A stretch of 64,000 nt of DNA, from positions 32,001 through 96,000 of the forward strand of contig CAVXWP010000002.1 in NCBI GenBank assembly GCA_963765495.1, read 5' to 3'. The position numbers were made by a program, and so were the translations under genes. How positions within the stretch are numbered: the stretch's first letter is position 1; every line of letters starts with the position of its first letter. Shown here in pieces: positions 39,746 to 49,931 of the stretch. Source of the stretch: Blastocatellia bacterium (GTDB taxonomy: Bacteria; Acidobacteriota; Blastocatellia; UBA7656). The notes below the pieces were generated by a model, which was not told where the DNA came from, searched no databases, and was given only the letters and a program-made list of their open reading frames with translations.

Positions 39746-40279
39746 TTAGTTGGCAGTCTCCGAACTCTTTCCCCAGTAGGCGCGCGCCCAGTCGCGTTGC
39801 ACACGGCGGTCTTCACTATGCCACCAGCGCAGATCTCGCAGCAGGCGAGCCCAATCAATCGGAATCTCTTTTGACTTGAGCAGGCTGACAGCGTGGCGCA
39901 GATGTTCAGGCAAATCTTCGCGGTGACAATTAAGCAAAGCTACAAAGCGTTTTTCGATGCTCTCGCTTTCCACCTCTCTATTTAGCCGGGCAAATGATGC
40001 GCCCATGTTTGTCGAGCGATTGGATTCTTCATCCAAATGCCAGTTAATCTGATGCAGCGCGAAGAGAGCGCTAACCATATAGTAAACGTCTTCATCCCAT
40101 AGCGAAGCTTTTCCTATGAAAGGCAGCACATAACGATGCGCCTCCGCCGATTCGCCCGGCGATTTGCCCAGACCGCGACGCAATGCCGCCAGTGCTGCGC
40201 GATTTTCATTCTTCACCAGCCCTTCCAAATAAGCGACAAAGGCTTCCTCCCGGCTTGAATGTTTTGTTTCGGTTTTCAT
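39746..40279 (-). CDS. casB: Cse2/CasB (Cas11)
   Basis: RAALAALRRGLG; EKRF.ALL; IDWARLL.DL..W; WARAY. Confidence 0.93.
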   Translation of the reverse strand: MKTETKHSSREEAFVAYLEGLVKNENRAALAALRRGLGKSPGESAEAHRYVLPFIGKASLWDEDVYYMVSALFALHQINWHLDEESNRSTNMGASFARLNREVESESIEKRFVALLNCHREDLPEHLRHAVSLLKSKEIPIDWARLLRDLRWWHSEDRRVQRDWARAYWGKSSETAN

Positions 40280-41874
40280 TTTTGTCCTCCGTTAATCGAG
40301 GGTTTGCTGAGGTAATCCGCCAGTGTTTCGCGCAGCTTTCCGCGAAGCTGGGGCTCAACAATGGCAACGGCTTTTAATGCGCGGGCTGAATTGTCGAGAC
40401 TGCGTGAGGCGATCCCGAAGGATTGCAATGCACTCTGCTCCAGGGTGCGTGCCCAGATCGGAATTTCCTTTTCGCCATAGTACACGTCACCGTATTGATC
40501 CACTCGTTGATCCTGTGGCAGATCAAGCAACAGGCGCTTGAATGGAGCTTCAAGCTGTGACCAGTAATGTGGGATCGCGCCAAAGCTGTCTACAATTTTA
40601 CCAATGTCTTTCTTGTCTGGTTGCCGGGCTTCCTTGTTGTCAGACAAGGGCGCGAGCAACAGGCGAGCCAGTGCCCATAAACTCTGCTGAACCTTTTTCG
40701 CCGTCTCTTCTGCCAGCGCCAGCGCCTTCCTGAGTCTTTCGAGGAGTTCTACTTGATTGAGGTATTCGACTTTGATGGGCAGCCTCTCCTGTCGCCAAAA
40801 ATGTATTGTTGGCTGCCCTGATTTTAGAGATTGTCCGAGGATTTGCAGCTGGTACATCCGATGAGAATCAAGAAACCCTTCATTAGAAAGCGTGGCCAGA
40901 TGTCGCAGTCCCTGGGGAATCTGAAACGGGGAGTCTTGCGAGAGATTGAACAACGCGTGACTATCGCGCCACACTGCGCGATCTTCATTGAATTGCCAGA
41001 CAAATAATCCTTGCTTATCATCACGCTTATAGGCGAATGAAGGCTCCTTTCGCCAATCATCTGTCAGTGCGCGTCCCTGTGCGAAATAGCATTCGCTAAC
41101 TGTTCCGTCATCCAAAGGCAGCAGTCGAATCGAACGACTTTGCCACGAGAGATATTCGAGCTTTCCGTTCGGTGTCTGATTGTGCCCTGGTTGCCATTCC
41201 TCTTCGCGTTCCCACGTTGGTGTATCTTCGTCGAAGCTGAGAAAGTCAGGCCGGTGCAGGTTGAGTAGGTTTAGCATTAACGTCTCAAACAGATTATCCC
41301 CTTGCAAAATAATTACCGCGCCTCGAGTCATTGGTGAATCTTTCGTGTGAAGCGTTTCGCTTTTCCCCGCTGACGCGGCAAAACACTGCGTGGCGATGAC
41401 CCACTGTGCCGCTAGCGCAGGCTTAATTGGGGGACGATCTACATCCAGGCTATGATCGAGCAGGGTAGCGTTATTGCCTGCTGCAAACTCCCACCCAAGG
41501 CGTTTCATCGGAGTAGTTTTCTTCGCAGTAAAAGATGCTCGCTGATAAAACGGTCTATCCTTATCGTACAGATCGAAGCGCTCGTGGTAGGTTGCCAGGT
41601 ACACTTCTATATGCTGGTGATCAAATTCCCCTCTATTCCATAGCGTTTTCCATTCAGAGAGGCTACTGATTGGGAAGCACCGATGTGAGACCGCAAGTAA
41701 CAAGCGATAGATTCCTGCTGTGATCAGCGGCGATTGATCGAAGACTTCCTTCACTTCCTGTGCGCGGATCACCGCATCGTACAGGCTTAAATCAAGTTGC
41801 CTGCCATCCAGCATCAGACAGGGTATCCACGGCTCATCAATCAAATTGAATTGTGGTGGTTTGGCTTCATGCAT
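40276..41874 (-). CDS. casA: Cse1/CasA (Cas8e)
   Basis: FNLIDEPWIP; RFDL...RPFYQ; GDNLFETL.LNL; RAVWRD. Confidence 0.93.
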   Translation of the reverse strand: MHEAKPPQFNLIDEPWIPCLMLDGRQLDLSLYDAVIRAQEVKEVFDQSPLITAGIYRLLLAVSHRCFPISSLSEWKTLWNRGEFDHQHIEVYLATYHERFDLYDKDRPFYQRASFTAKKTTPMKRLGWEFAAGNNATLLDHSLDVDRPPIKPALAAQWVIATQCFAASAGKSETLHTKDSPMTRGAVIILQGDNLFETLMLNLLNLHRPDFLSFDEDTPTWEREEEWQPGHNQTPNGKLEYLSWQSRSIRLLPLDDGTVSECYFAQGRALTDDWRKEPSFAYKRDDKQGLFVWQFNEDRAVWRDSHALFNLSQDSPFQIPQGLRHLATLSNEGFLDSHRMYQLQILGQSLKSGQPTIHFWRQERLPIKVEYLNQVELLERLRKALALAEETAKKVQQSLWALARLLLAPLSDNKEARQPDKKDIGKIVDSFGAIPHYWSQLEAPFKRLLLDLPQDQRVDQYGDVYYGEKEIPIWARTLEQSALQSFGIASRSLDNSARALKAVAIVEPQLRGKLRETLADYLSKPSINGGQK

Positions 41875-44700
41875 TACTCTGCTCCTTCCAGTTTTGAAAT
41901 CACTACTCCTAGCCTTTCATCAAGGTGAATCTCATAGCCGCCATCGCTCCACCTGCCAGCCTCATTCAACTTGATCAATCGGTGATGTCGCAACAAAGCA
42001 GACCGCTGCCAGGTTGCGGGAACCTCACTGCGCAACAAATTCCAGACCAGGCCACGATGATTCAGGTTGACAGATCGATGCAGCAGAAACCGGAGGGTGT
42101 CGTAGTTTGGCGGTTGAACTAAATCAATCTGGGCCTGGTCATCAACGCGAAGAATCACAACAGAAATGCTTGCATCTGTAAGACGCGTCAGAGCCTGTAA
42201 AGACTTGTGAACTTCAGGTTCATCTTCTTCAAGCCTCTTATTCCAGACTTCGAGAATATCGTCAGGATAGTAGGGTGGCGGTATGATTTTGTCATCTGCC
42301 TGCATCTGCATCTGTCTAAGTTTGTCTTTCAAATTATTTGAGGTTTCCTGCCAGTAGGAGCGAAGTTCTTCTCCTGCCTCTTTCGGGCACTCACGTTCAC
42401 CATAAACAGTTTCGATCAAGTCTTCGATTTCAAATGGAATGACGACTGCGGATTGGTTGCAAAGTGCCAGCCACGAACGCAATAGAATATGCGCGTCATA
42501 TACGGCTTCAGTGCCACGATCAAACCTCGGAACATCCTGTCTTATCTGCTCAGGTGAACTGATCCATAGTGTCGGCTTCTCAAGCCCTGACGGGCGAGAG
42601 CGTGAGTGGCGATGCAATCTGCCGGACCGTTGCAGCATCAAGTCAACAGGCGCAATATCTGTCACCATCAAATCGAAGTCGAGATCGAGGCTTTGCTCAA
42701 TTACCTGCGTGGCAACCAGGACAAAGCGATGCGGGCGGTTGATTGTCTGGCTGTGGCCTTCTTCAATCTCGATCTCATCGCCCACTTTTCCGAAGCGCGC
42801 AAGAGCTTGTCTCTCCTTTTTTGTCCCGATCACTGAAGAGAAATCGCGCATGAAACAAATCAAGTTCATCCTCAGCAAAATAGGGTTGCAATGCTCTAAA
42901 AATCTGCTGTGCACGATTGACTGTATTGCAGATGACGCCGGCACAACCTCCGCCAGACAGGGCGGCTCTCAGTTGTTCGCCAAGAGTGAATTCTGCTGCT
43001 CTCTCAGACGATTCAGGCACACAACCGTCAACCCATCTGATTTGCAATTTGCGGGATAATTGAGCCGAAGTCTCAATGGATTCTTCCCCACTGGCTGATC
43101 TTGTTGTCCAGGTAATGCGGGGGTAACTCGCGCTCTCTGACTCTGTAATATCTGACTGCTTCGCATTTGCATTCAGCCCTCGCCGATACGCCGCCAACAA
43201 AGCATTTCTGCGCTCGCTCGGTAATGTGGCTGAAAGCAACACCACTGGTGAGCCGAGTGCTGCCAGCCATTCCAGCAGGCGTTCGAGCAACTTCGACATA
43301 TAGGCATCGTAGGCATGAACCTCATCAATTATGACTGTCTTGTGCGCCAGACCGAACAAACGAACAAAAACATGTTTTGTCTGAAGTACTGCCATCAATG
43401 CTTGATCCACCGTCCCAACACCGAAAGGGGCCAGTAACCCGCGCTTGCGATGAGTGAACCATTCGGCCGCAACCACATTCATAGCCTGGGGTGAACATTC
43501 CCCATCGCTAAACACTCCATCAATCTTAAAGACTTTATTGCCATTCGCCTTCATTGTCTGGAACTCAGCCGACAGCGCAGCATGGCCGTGAAGGAGTTGT
43601 AGATTGACTACACTCTTCGGATAACGCCGCTCTAGAAACTGACGCACACGTTGAAACATCTGATTGCTGGTTGCCTGTGTGGGCAACGCAACGTAACATC
43701 CACGAACACCCGGCGCAGTATTCTCCAATGTTTCCGAGATGATCCCCCAGCAATCCGTCAGGTAAAGCGCCGCCTCTGTTTTCCCCTCTCCCATCGGTGC
43801 TTCGATGATAACTATGCCGATTCCCTCCATCTTTTCTGCAACGTTGATAGCTGTCTCTTGCAAAGGGCGCGGAGAGAAAGGGAATAGTTGAGTAAATGAA
43901 AGCAAATCAGTTGACTGTGTCCAACCCACCCAACCTAGCCGCTTAAGAGCATTCTCCGCCTGTATAGATGCGAGATTCATATACTCGCGCGGATCAGTCC
44001 GTGGCAGGTTTCGCCAGTCGCTGACGAGATATGGAAAGAACTCATCATTGGAGCCGATCCAATCCGCAACCGAAACCAGCCCCGCAATGAACAGGAGTGC
44101 AGCGTGATCTGCTTGCTTTGGAGAAACGTCAGGTGATACCTCGATAAGACGAGCCAGATATTCAGATATCTCCCTTCTAACCTGTTTCCACGCGCCTCTG
44201 CCGGCCCCATCTATGGGGCAGCGATTCATTAGATCGTCGCTGGTTGGAAAAAGCCCGTGATGGCCTCCGATCGCTACACTCAGACATTTGGCCAGTCCCC
44301 TCTTTATTCCGAGTAAATCAGGAAGCTCCTTCGCCGTCACCCTGCCGTGCGGGCAATCACTGGCTTTGATCCCTAGCGGGGTTGTCCCGAGGTTGGAATA
44401 AAGACCTGCCAGATGTTGCGCCTCTTCGCGCAACTGGAACGCAGGAGATGCTTTGCCGAGATCGTGCAGCGCTGCGAGATAAACAATCCATCGCTCAGTT
44501 TGCAACTCAGAAAGCCCAAGCGTTTTTGACATAGCTCTTCGTGCAGTGGCTGAAAGCACATCACGCCATATCGCCCTGGCCACAACTGCTACATCAATCA
44601 AATGGCATAATAATGGATGGAAGGAGTCCGGACTTTTCTCCCCATAGGGCAGCTTTGCCCAAAGGGCAAAAGGATTTTTAGAGAATAGTGTTGCCGACAT
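41874..44700 (-). pseudogene. cas3: Cas3 HD nuclease-helicase, frameshifted at the T6 run 42817-42822 (real or sequencing error)
   Basis: HDLGK, GHHG, ADWIGS, APMGEGKT, DEVH, SAT and NTV in 42775-44700; ATQVIEQSLDLD and QRSGRLHRH in 41874-42944. Removing one base gives HARF..DRDKKERQ. Confidence 0.92.
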
Positions 44701-44722
44701 CGTTTCTTCCCCATTCGTTGGC

Positions 44723-45787
44723 CTAAAGGTAATTCTTCTGCATCTCGGTAATTTCTTCCTGAATCTCTTGTCGCAATTCCTTTGGCGCTATTACCTGTGC
44801 ATGCGAGCCGTACTGCATCACAAAGCGTTTCACTCCATCCAAAGCTGTCACATGCATCTTTACCCTCAGACCGCCATCCGGCATCTCTTCGCGCTCCTCG
44901 GTAGGGTGGAATTTGCCCCGCTCGCGCATCCATCGCGCTTGATACTCATCAAATATAATCTCAACCTCGATAGGATTCTGGCCCCTTATCATCGCAAAAC
45001 CTGATTCCAGGTACTCCCGCAGATCAAATTCTTCCGGCCAGCCGAATCGCTCCTCCGTAACTTCTAACTCGCGTATGCGGCCTGCATGAAAGTCCCGTAT
45101 CCCACCGCGCAGATGATCAAACGCGATCAGATACCATTCGCCCAGGTAGTTCCTCAGGTGAAGTGGATCAACTTGCCGTCGCGTCATCTGCCCACGGTTG
45201 GCAGTATAGTATGTCATCTCTATGCGGAGGTGCTCTTTAGCCGCTCGGCCAAGCCTACGAAAAAGCTCAGGGTCTAGCTCGCTTGTGGCTTGTGCTTCAA
45301 AGGAATATGCCTCAGCCAGTGATCCCAGATCGACAGATACAAGATCAGTCATTGCGCCTATAACCTTGCTGAACGCTGTCTCAACCTGATGAACTATGGC
45401 TGTGCCCCTATACTGTTGAACAAGCCGCTCGGCCAATAAGATTGCTACAAGATCGCCCTCAGAGAGTTCGATTGCCGGGAGGGCGTATGTCGGCTCGGTG
45501 TAATACCAGCCACGGTGCTCATACGAATATGCCAATGGCAACCGAAGTCGATCACGCATAAAGTCTACTGTGCGTTGCGCGGTCTTCGTACTAACTTCGA
45601 AATGATTGGCTATAGTGCGCGCGGTTGGATACCGGCCTAAACGAATTTCCTGATCTATCCAGAAAACACGTTCTAAGTGTCGTAAGTTCTCGCGGCTTTT
45701 CTGACTCGAATTCTGCTTCATGATCAAGCCATATTCAAACATGTGATGTAGGACATCTAGTGTCCTATCAAAAATTTCTCTACTCAC
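44723..45787 (-). CDS. WYL-domain transcriptional regulator (HTH-WYL-WCX)
   Basis: IA..FEVS.KTAQR..D; R.VDPL.L....GEWYLIAFD..R...R.F...RI; directly upstream of cas3. Start may be 45721. Confidence 0.92.
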   Translation of the reverse strand: MSREIFDRTLDVLHHMFEYGLIMKQNSSQKSRENLRHLERVFWIDQEIRLGRYPTARTIANHFEVSTKTAQRTVDFMRDRLRLPLAYSYEHRGWYYTEPTYALPAIELSEGDLVAILLAERLVQQYRGTAIVHQVETAFSKVIGAMTDLVSVDLGSLAEAYSFEAQATSELDPELFRRLGRAAKEHLRIEMTYYTANRGQMTRRQVDPLHLRNYLGEWYLIAFDHLRGGIRDFHAGRIRELEVTEERFGWPEEFDLREYLESGFAMIRGQNPIEVEIIFDEYQARWMRERGKFHPTEEREEMPDGGLRVKMHVTALDGVKRFVMQYGSHAQVIAPKELRQEIQEEITEMQKNYL

Positions 45788-46254
45788 TAGATGAAGTATG
45801 TGAGGGGATCATCGTTATTCAGTTTAAGATTCTCAGTTGCCTTGAACCCTCAAAAGGCTAGTGCAACCCGAGTAATCATCTTCCTAATAAACCAACATGA
45901 TGATCATATGCTGGATATATGTAAGTAATCATTGCAACTTTGATGGTTAGCCGATTGATTTCTTCTGCTTAAAAATTGGGTGCCGCAGTATCTCTATTAT
46001 TTAGTTATATTTTGGATAACGCAAAGCTTCTGATTCTTAGGATTCCTCGCGATTATATGCTAATAATTTTACAAGCCACCGATGAACACACATACCCGCC
46101 GACCCGGCTGAATACTCATCGGTGGCTTCGGCTCCCCTTTCTCGAAGCCGCTTGTGTTTTCAAATCTCTTCTTCGAGATCCGTACTGGCAACCAGACGGA
46201 TGTGTTTCACCTGGGGACCGCTGGGCCTATCCCCTCCTCTACAACCCTGGCTAA

Positions 46255-46491
46255 CTATGTGCCCGTTCTCTTTCGAACCGGGAGGCTTCGCTCTTCCAAT
46301 ACTCGCGCCTTTTGTCGTTCGATCTCATCTAACCGGGCTTGCTCGGCAGCTTCCCAAAGGTCTGCGTAATTGGAGAGTATTTCGACCATCACAGTGTTAC
46401 TGCTCTTTCCCCCATACTTCTCACCGAGAGCCGCTATCCTTTCCAGCAACTCTTCCGGTGCGCGTAATCTGAAGGATTTTTCGTCAGTCAT
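46255..46491 (-). CDS. Arc/ribbon-helix-helix repressor
   Basis: SFRLRAPEELLERIAAL....G.SSN..MVEIL. Confidence 0.75.
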   Translation of the reverse strand: MTDEKSFRLRAPEELLERIAALGEKYGGKSSNTVMVEILSNYADLWEAAEQARLDEIERQKARVLEERSLPVRKRTGT

Positions 46492-46502
46492 ATTGATGCC
46501 CA

Positions 46503-46560
46503 TTAGATACCTCACTGGTATCAAAAGTCAATCTTGACAAAATGGTACAACATTGATACC
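46503..46560. promoter_or_regulatory. divergent promoter/operators between the RHH genes
   Basis: GATACC-TCACT-GGTATC palindrome, TTGACA, and a second TGGTAC..GATACC site. Confidence 0.5.
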
Positions 46561-46571
46561 GTTCTGGCCGT

Positions 46572-46757
46572 ATGAAGAAACGAACAAGCAGCAAAACGAA
46601 GGACAACCAGATGCAGCTTCGCCTCCCGCCTGAGATCAAGAAGTGGATCGGGCCGTGGGCAAAGCGGCATGGGTTCAAGTCTAGCCAGCGAGCAATCGTT
46701 GACATCCTGCGCGACCGAAAGCGCGAGGATGAGATAGCCACGGTCACAAGCAAGTAA
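46572..46757 (+). CDS. Arc/ribbon-helix-helix DNA-binding protein (Cro position)
   Basis: QMQLRLPPEIKKWI...AKRHG.KS...IVDIL. Confidence 0.7.
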   Translation: MKKRTSSKTKDNQMQLRLPPEIKKWIGPWAKRHGFKSSQRAIVDILRDRKREDEIATVTSK

Positions 46758-46907
46758 TCAAGCATCGGCGGGGCTGCGCACGTTCAGAATACTTGAATTG
46801 GCCACTTGCGCGGCCCCATGCCCGAGATTTCTACAAGTTGAAAAAGGAGAAACCCTTTTTCAAATCCATTAACCACTCCTCCCCAGGCACACAAGAAAGA
46901 GGCATGT

Positions 46908-47183
46908 ATGAAAACACTATTCCTAGCTGTCGTGATGATTGCGCTGTTGATGTTTGTAGCAGCGTCAGGCCCAAGCCTAATAGCCAAAACAACTCCACTT
47001 ACGGGTTGCGATTCGCCTCTCGTTGACGGCCATACCCTTGTTGGCGGGTCTCCTAATGACTACTGCCCGGACGGCAAGCCGCTGCTCGACGGCCACACTT
47101 TCCCCCACGGCTCAGTCGGCAGCGACTACTGCCCAATCGAAGGATGGCCCCTGATCGAAGGCCGCACCACCCAGGGTGACTGA
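46908..47183 (+). CDS. small secreted protein with three internal repeats
   Basis: Signal peptide; PLVDGHT/PLLDGHT/PLIEGRT separated by DYCP. Confidence 0.65.
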   Translation: MKTLFLAVVMIALLMFVAASGPSLIAKTTPLTGCDSPLVDGHTLVGGSPNDYCPDGKPLLDGHTFPHGSVGSDYCPIEGWPLIEGRTTQGD

Positions 47184-47278
47184 TTACTTTCTTCGCCCTG
47201 GCCCGATGCGTCAATTCTCGCCGCTATTAGACAACCGCACTCAGGCCGGGGCGAACATTTCCTTCAGGAGAAAACCAT

Positions 47279-47599
47279 ATGCTCAGACCCACTACAGCAA
47301 CAATCTCGTCTAATTCCCCTCGGCACATAGACTGGCTGACAATCCTCGGAACCCGTACCGTACCGATCACAAGCCCGGCTCCAAAGCTCGCCTCAGGTCC
47401 TGACGGAACGATTAACGAATTCTATCTGCTCGATCACAATCAACTTTCTGCCGCGCAGCTCCACCGGCTCATTGCCCACATAGCGAAGAAATGGAACCTG
47501 CCGCAGATCGAGGTGCGGCGCACTATGGAAGAGTATGGCGGCGTGCCGATCCTGGCCGAAGACGTGATAGTGGCCTGCGATATCAGGCTGTTTTTTTGA
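47279..47599 (+). CDS. hypothetical phage early protein
   Basis: AGGAGA RBS; in the operon upstream of rep. Confidence 0.65.
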   Translation: MLRPTTATISSNSPRHIDWLTILGTRTVPITSPAPKLASGPDGTINEFYLLDHNQLSAAQLHRLIAHIAKKWNLPQIEVRRTMEEYGGVPILAEDVIVACDIRLFF

Positions 47600-47620
47600 T
47601 TCACTCAGAAGGGTGAGGCG

Positions 47621-48604
47621 ATGAGCAATCTTGTTCAAGGTCTTGTCTATGATCGTGCTCCTTACTCAGATGACCGTTTCAATATCCTGCTCGCCCTGGC
47701 TGATTGGGCCAATGATGACGGACGCAGTTGCTACCCCAGTTTGATAAAGCTTGCAAGAAAAGCAAGAGTCAGCTACCGCAATACCATCTACTCAATTCAA
47801 AAGCTCGAAAACGAACGCATCAACGGCGAGCCTATGTTGAACGTCACTCGTCACAAAAAGAAAGGTCTCGCAAACGAGTACTTCATCAACGTTCCTCTAC
47901 TTGAAAGCCTCCCCTACTATTGGCCGGAGAGTCTACAAAACAGAGTGCAACCATTGCACCCAAGCGTTCTGAAAAAGGCTGTGGAAAAAACTCGGCTCAA
48001 GGGTGCAACCAGTGGAAAAAATAGGGTGCAATCTAGGGTGCAACCCAAGGGTGCAATGGTTGCACCCCATCCATCATGTCATGCATCCATCATGAATCAA
48101 CCACCATTAGATGCAACCGTCAATCATGACGGAGGAGAGACTGTGGAAAACTTTCAGGAGAATCTTTTCCCTGATCTCTCGCCTGCCGAGTTGGTCGAAT
48201 TTGCGGGCGCGCCATCTCTTCCTATCGGGGGGCGATATGTCCGAGACGAAACAGACCCGGGCGGATGGAGTCAGGTCGAGGTGATGGAAGCATACAAAGA
48301 CATGGTGCCGCACGCCCTGAGCAACGATGATAGAAAAGAACTCCAGAAGATCCGAGACTTTCCTTTCTCCACACAACTAACCATCTACGTAATGCACAAG
48401 ACCAAAGCGAAAGCCGGCAGCCCGCCCGGCTCAATGAAGTACTTCCGTATTGCGCTCGAAAGGCTCTGGATAGATTGCTCCATAGCCATTGCAAAGGTGA
48501 GAGACGAAACCTATTCAATGACACGCGAGCAAGCCTTTTGGAAACTGAACGATGCTGTTTTGAAAGAAATTGCGCTGTGGGAATGTAGGCTTGGAAGAAG
48601 CTGA
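47621..48604 (+). CDS. phage replication initiator with N-terminal HTH
   Basis: ILLALADWANDDG.SCYPS...LARK..VS.R..I..L; internal iterons. Confidence 0.8.
   Translation: MSNLVQGLVYDRAPYSDDRFNILLALADWANDDGRSCYPSLIKLARKARVSYRNTIYSIQKLENERINGEPMLNVTRHKKKGLANEYFINVPLLESLPYYWPESLQNRVQPLHPSVLKKAVEKTRLKGATSGKNRVQSRVQPKGAMVAPHPSCHASIMNQPPLDATVNHDGGETVENFQENLFPDLSPAELVEFAGAPSLPIGGRYVRDETDPGGWSQVEVMEAYKDMVPHALSNDDRKELQKIRDFPFSTQLTIYVMHKTKAKAGSPPGSMKYFRIALERLWIDCSIAIAKVRDETYSMTREQAFWKLNDAVLKEIALWECRLGRS
47943..48068. repeat. iteron cluster (putative origin inside rep)
   Basis: GGGTGCAA repeated four times, plus inverted TTGCACCC copies. Confidence 0.75.
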
Positions 48605-48622
48605 AAAAGGAGACTGCATGAG

Positions 48623-48928
48623 TTGGAATATAACCACGATGACGCTCAGGCTCGCGCCTGCCTCGACCATCAGGCCACAGCGAAAGCAACGCCGCCGTGT
48701 CGAACACGGCAAAAAGGAGGAGGCGCGAAAGCGGACTGCGGCTTACTACTGGAGGGCAACAGATGCAAGGAAGGCTTCACAGAATTGATTATCGTCCGAG
48801 TTCCATTCGGGCAGATATTCGATCCCCCTGGATCAGATTCAGAGGCTTTCGGGCGCTACGATTTCACCCTATTTGAAACAACCCCCCTTTTGAAAATCCT
48901 GACAAAGATATTTCCATCGCAAATTTAA
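48623..48928 (+). CDS. hypothetical protein
   Basis: ORF right after rep; an alternative frame with an AGGAG RBS also exists. Confidence 0.35.
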   Translation: MEYNHDDAQARACLDHQATAKATPPCRTRQKGGGAKADCGLLLEGNRCKEGFTELIIVRVPFGQIFDPPGSDSEAFGRYDFTLFETTPLLKILTKIFPSQI

Positions 48929-49194
48929 ACGCGGAGATTTTTCACTGTGAACAAATCAACTTGTCGTTATTGTGGCCTTGAGATCGGATGGATTCGCCTT
49001 ATAAGCGACAAACTCGCGCCGGTCGAGCCGCGCCGAAGAGGTAGTTAGACCCTACGCCAAGCCATCCAGACCTCTTTGCATTAGTAATAGCCTTTCTATT
49101 CTAAATACAGTCTTACAGGGGATCTGAAATGTTTTGTGAGATTAGGACATATAGAGGTGTGCAGAAATCTCACAACCAACTTGGAGGAAAACCT

Positions 49195-49568
49195 ATGAGA
49201 AAATCGCTGCTTGTCATTGCTGTATGCTGTTTTGTTGCGCTTCTAACTGGCACACAAAGCTTAGGAACTCACACGCATGCTGACTCTCTTCAGATTTCTT
49301 CAACATCTGAGAATTACTCCTATGGGGTAATTCTTGTGTGACTTATGAAACAGAAAGTGGCACAAGATGTACCGGCTCCAACAGCCTCTGGCTTAAGAAC
49401 TTTTACAATGGTTGTGGTAGCCGTGTGGAGGTAATTATAATGGAGAAGCTGAATTCAACCTCTCCTTGGACAAAGAAGACTTCTTTTTACCTGAGTTCTG
49501 GTGAAACGTATAGAATAGGAGATTGGTGGTGTGACGCTCCCTATTCATACCGAGTAGATGTCGAATAA
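49195..49568 (+). pseudogene. small secreted protein, probably frameshifted near 49330
   Basis: GGAGG RBS and signal peptide (MRKSLL..) in one frame; Cys-containing domain continues in ORF 49338-49568; an attC-like site follows. Confidence 0.45.
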
Positions 49569-49596
49569 GAAGGGAGAGAAGCGCAAGGCAGGCGGG

Positions 49597-49689
49597 GTCT
49601 AACAACCAGTTGAAGCGGAGCGCGCGAAGGACACTTCTCGTGGCTTCAGGCAGTGCCGCTCGCGCGCCCGCCGAACTGGACCGATGGCA
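49597..49689 (+). repeat. solitary degenerate attC site
   Basis: GTCTAAC..CCAGTTGAAGCGGAGCGCGCGA/TCGCGCGCCCGCCGAACTGG..; right core decayed (GATGGCA). Confidence 0.65.
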
Positions 49690-49931
49690 GGAAGTTGCTC
49701 ATCTTCCCGGATGGAATTACAGTCAGGCGACATCTCGCATTCGAGAGCGGTTACACAAATCATCATGCGACTTGTCAGGGATGGCAGAGAATCTTGAGAG
49801 AAAGAAAATCGGCCTGTCGTTAATTAACCTACCCTCCTTTTGTAATGTTTCTCCTTGATCCCTCATTTATGGTTGTAGTATATCCTGTGCCAACTCACAG
49901 GTATTGAGTTTCCAATGGAAGGACAACCAAC

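Noticed and set aside
42817-42822. Programmed -1 frameshift in cas3 at A6G
   Set aside because: The reading frames need a +1 shift, so a simple indel explains it better.
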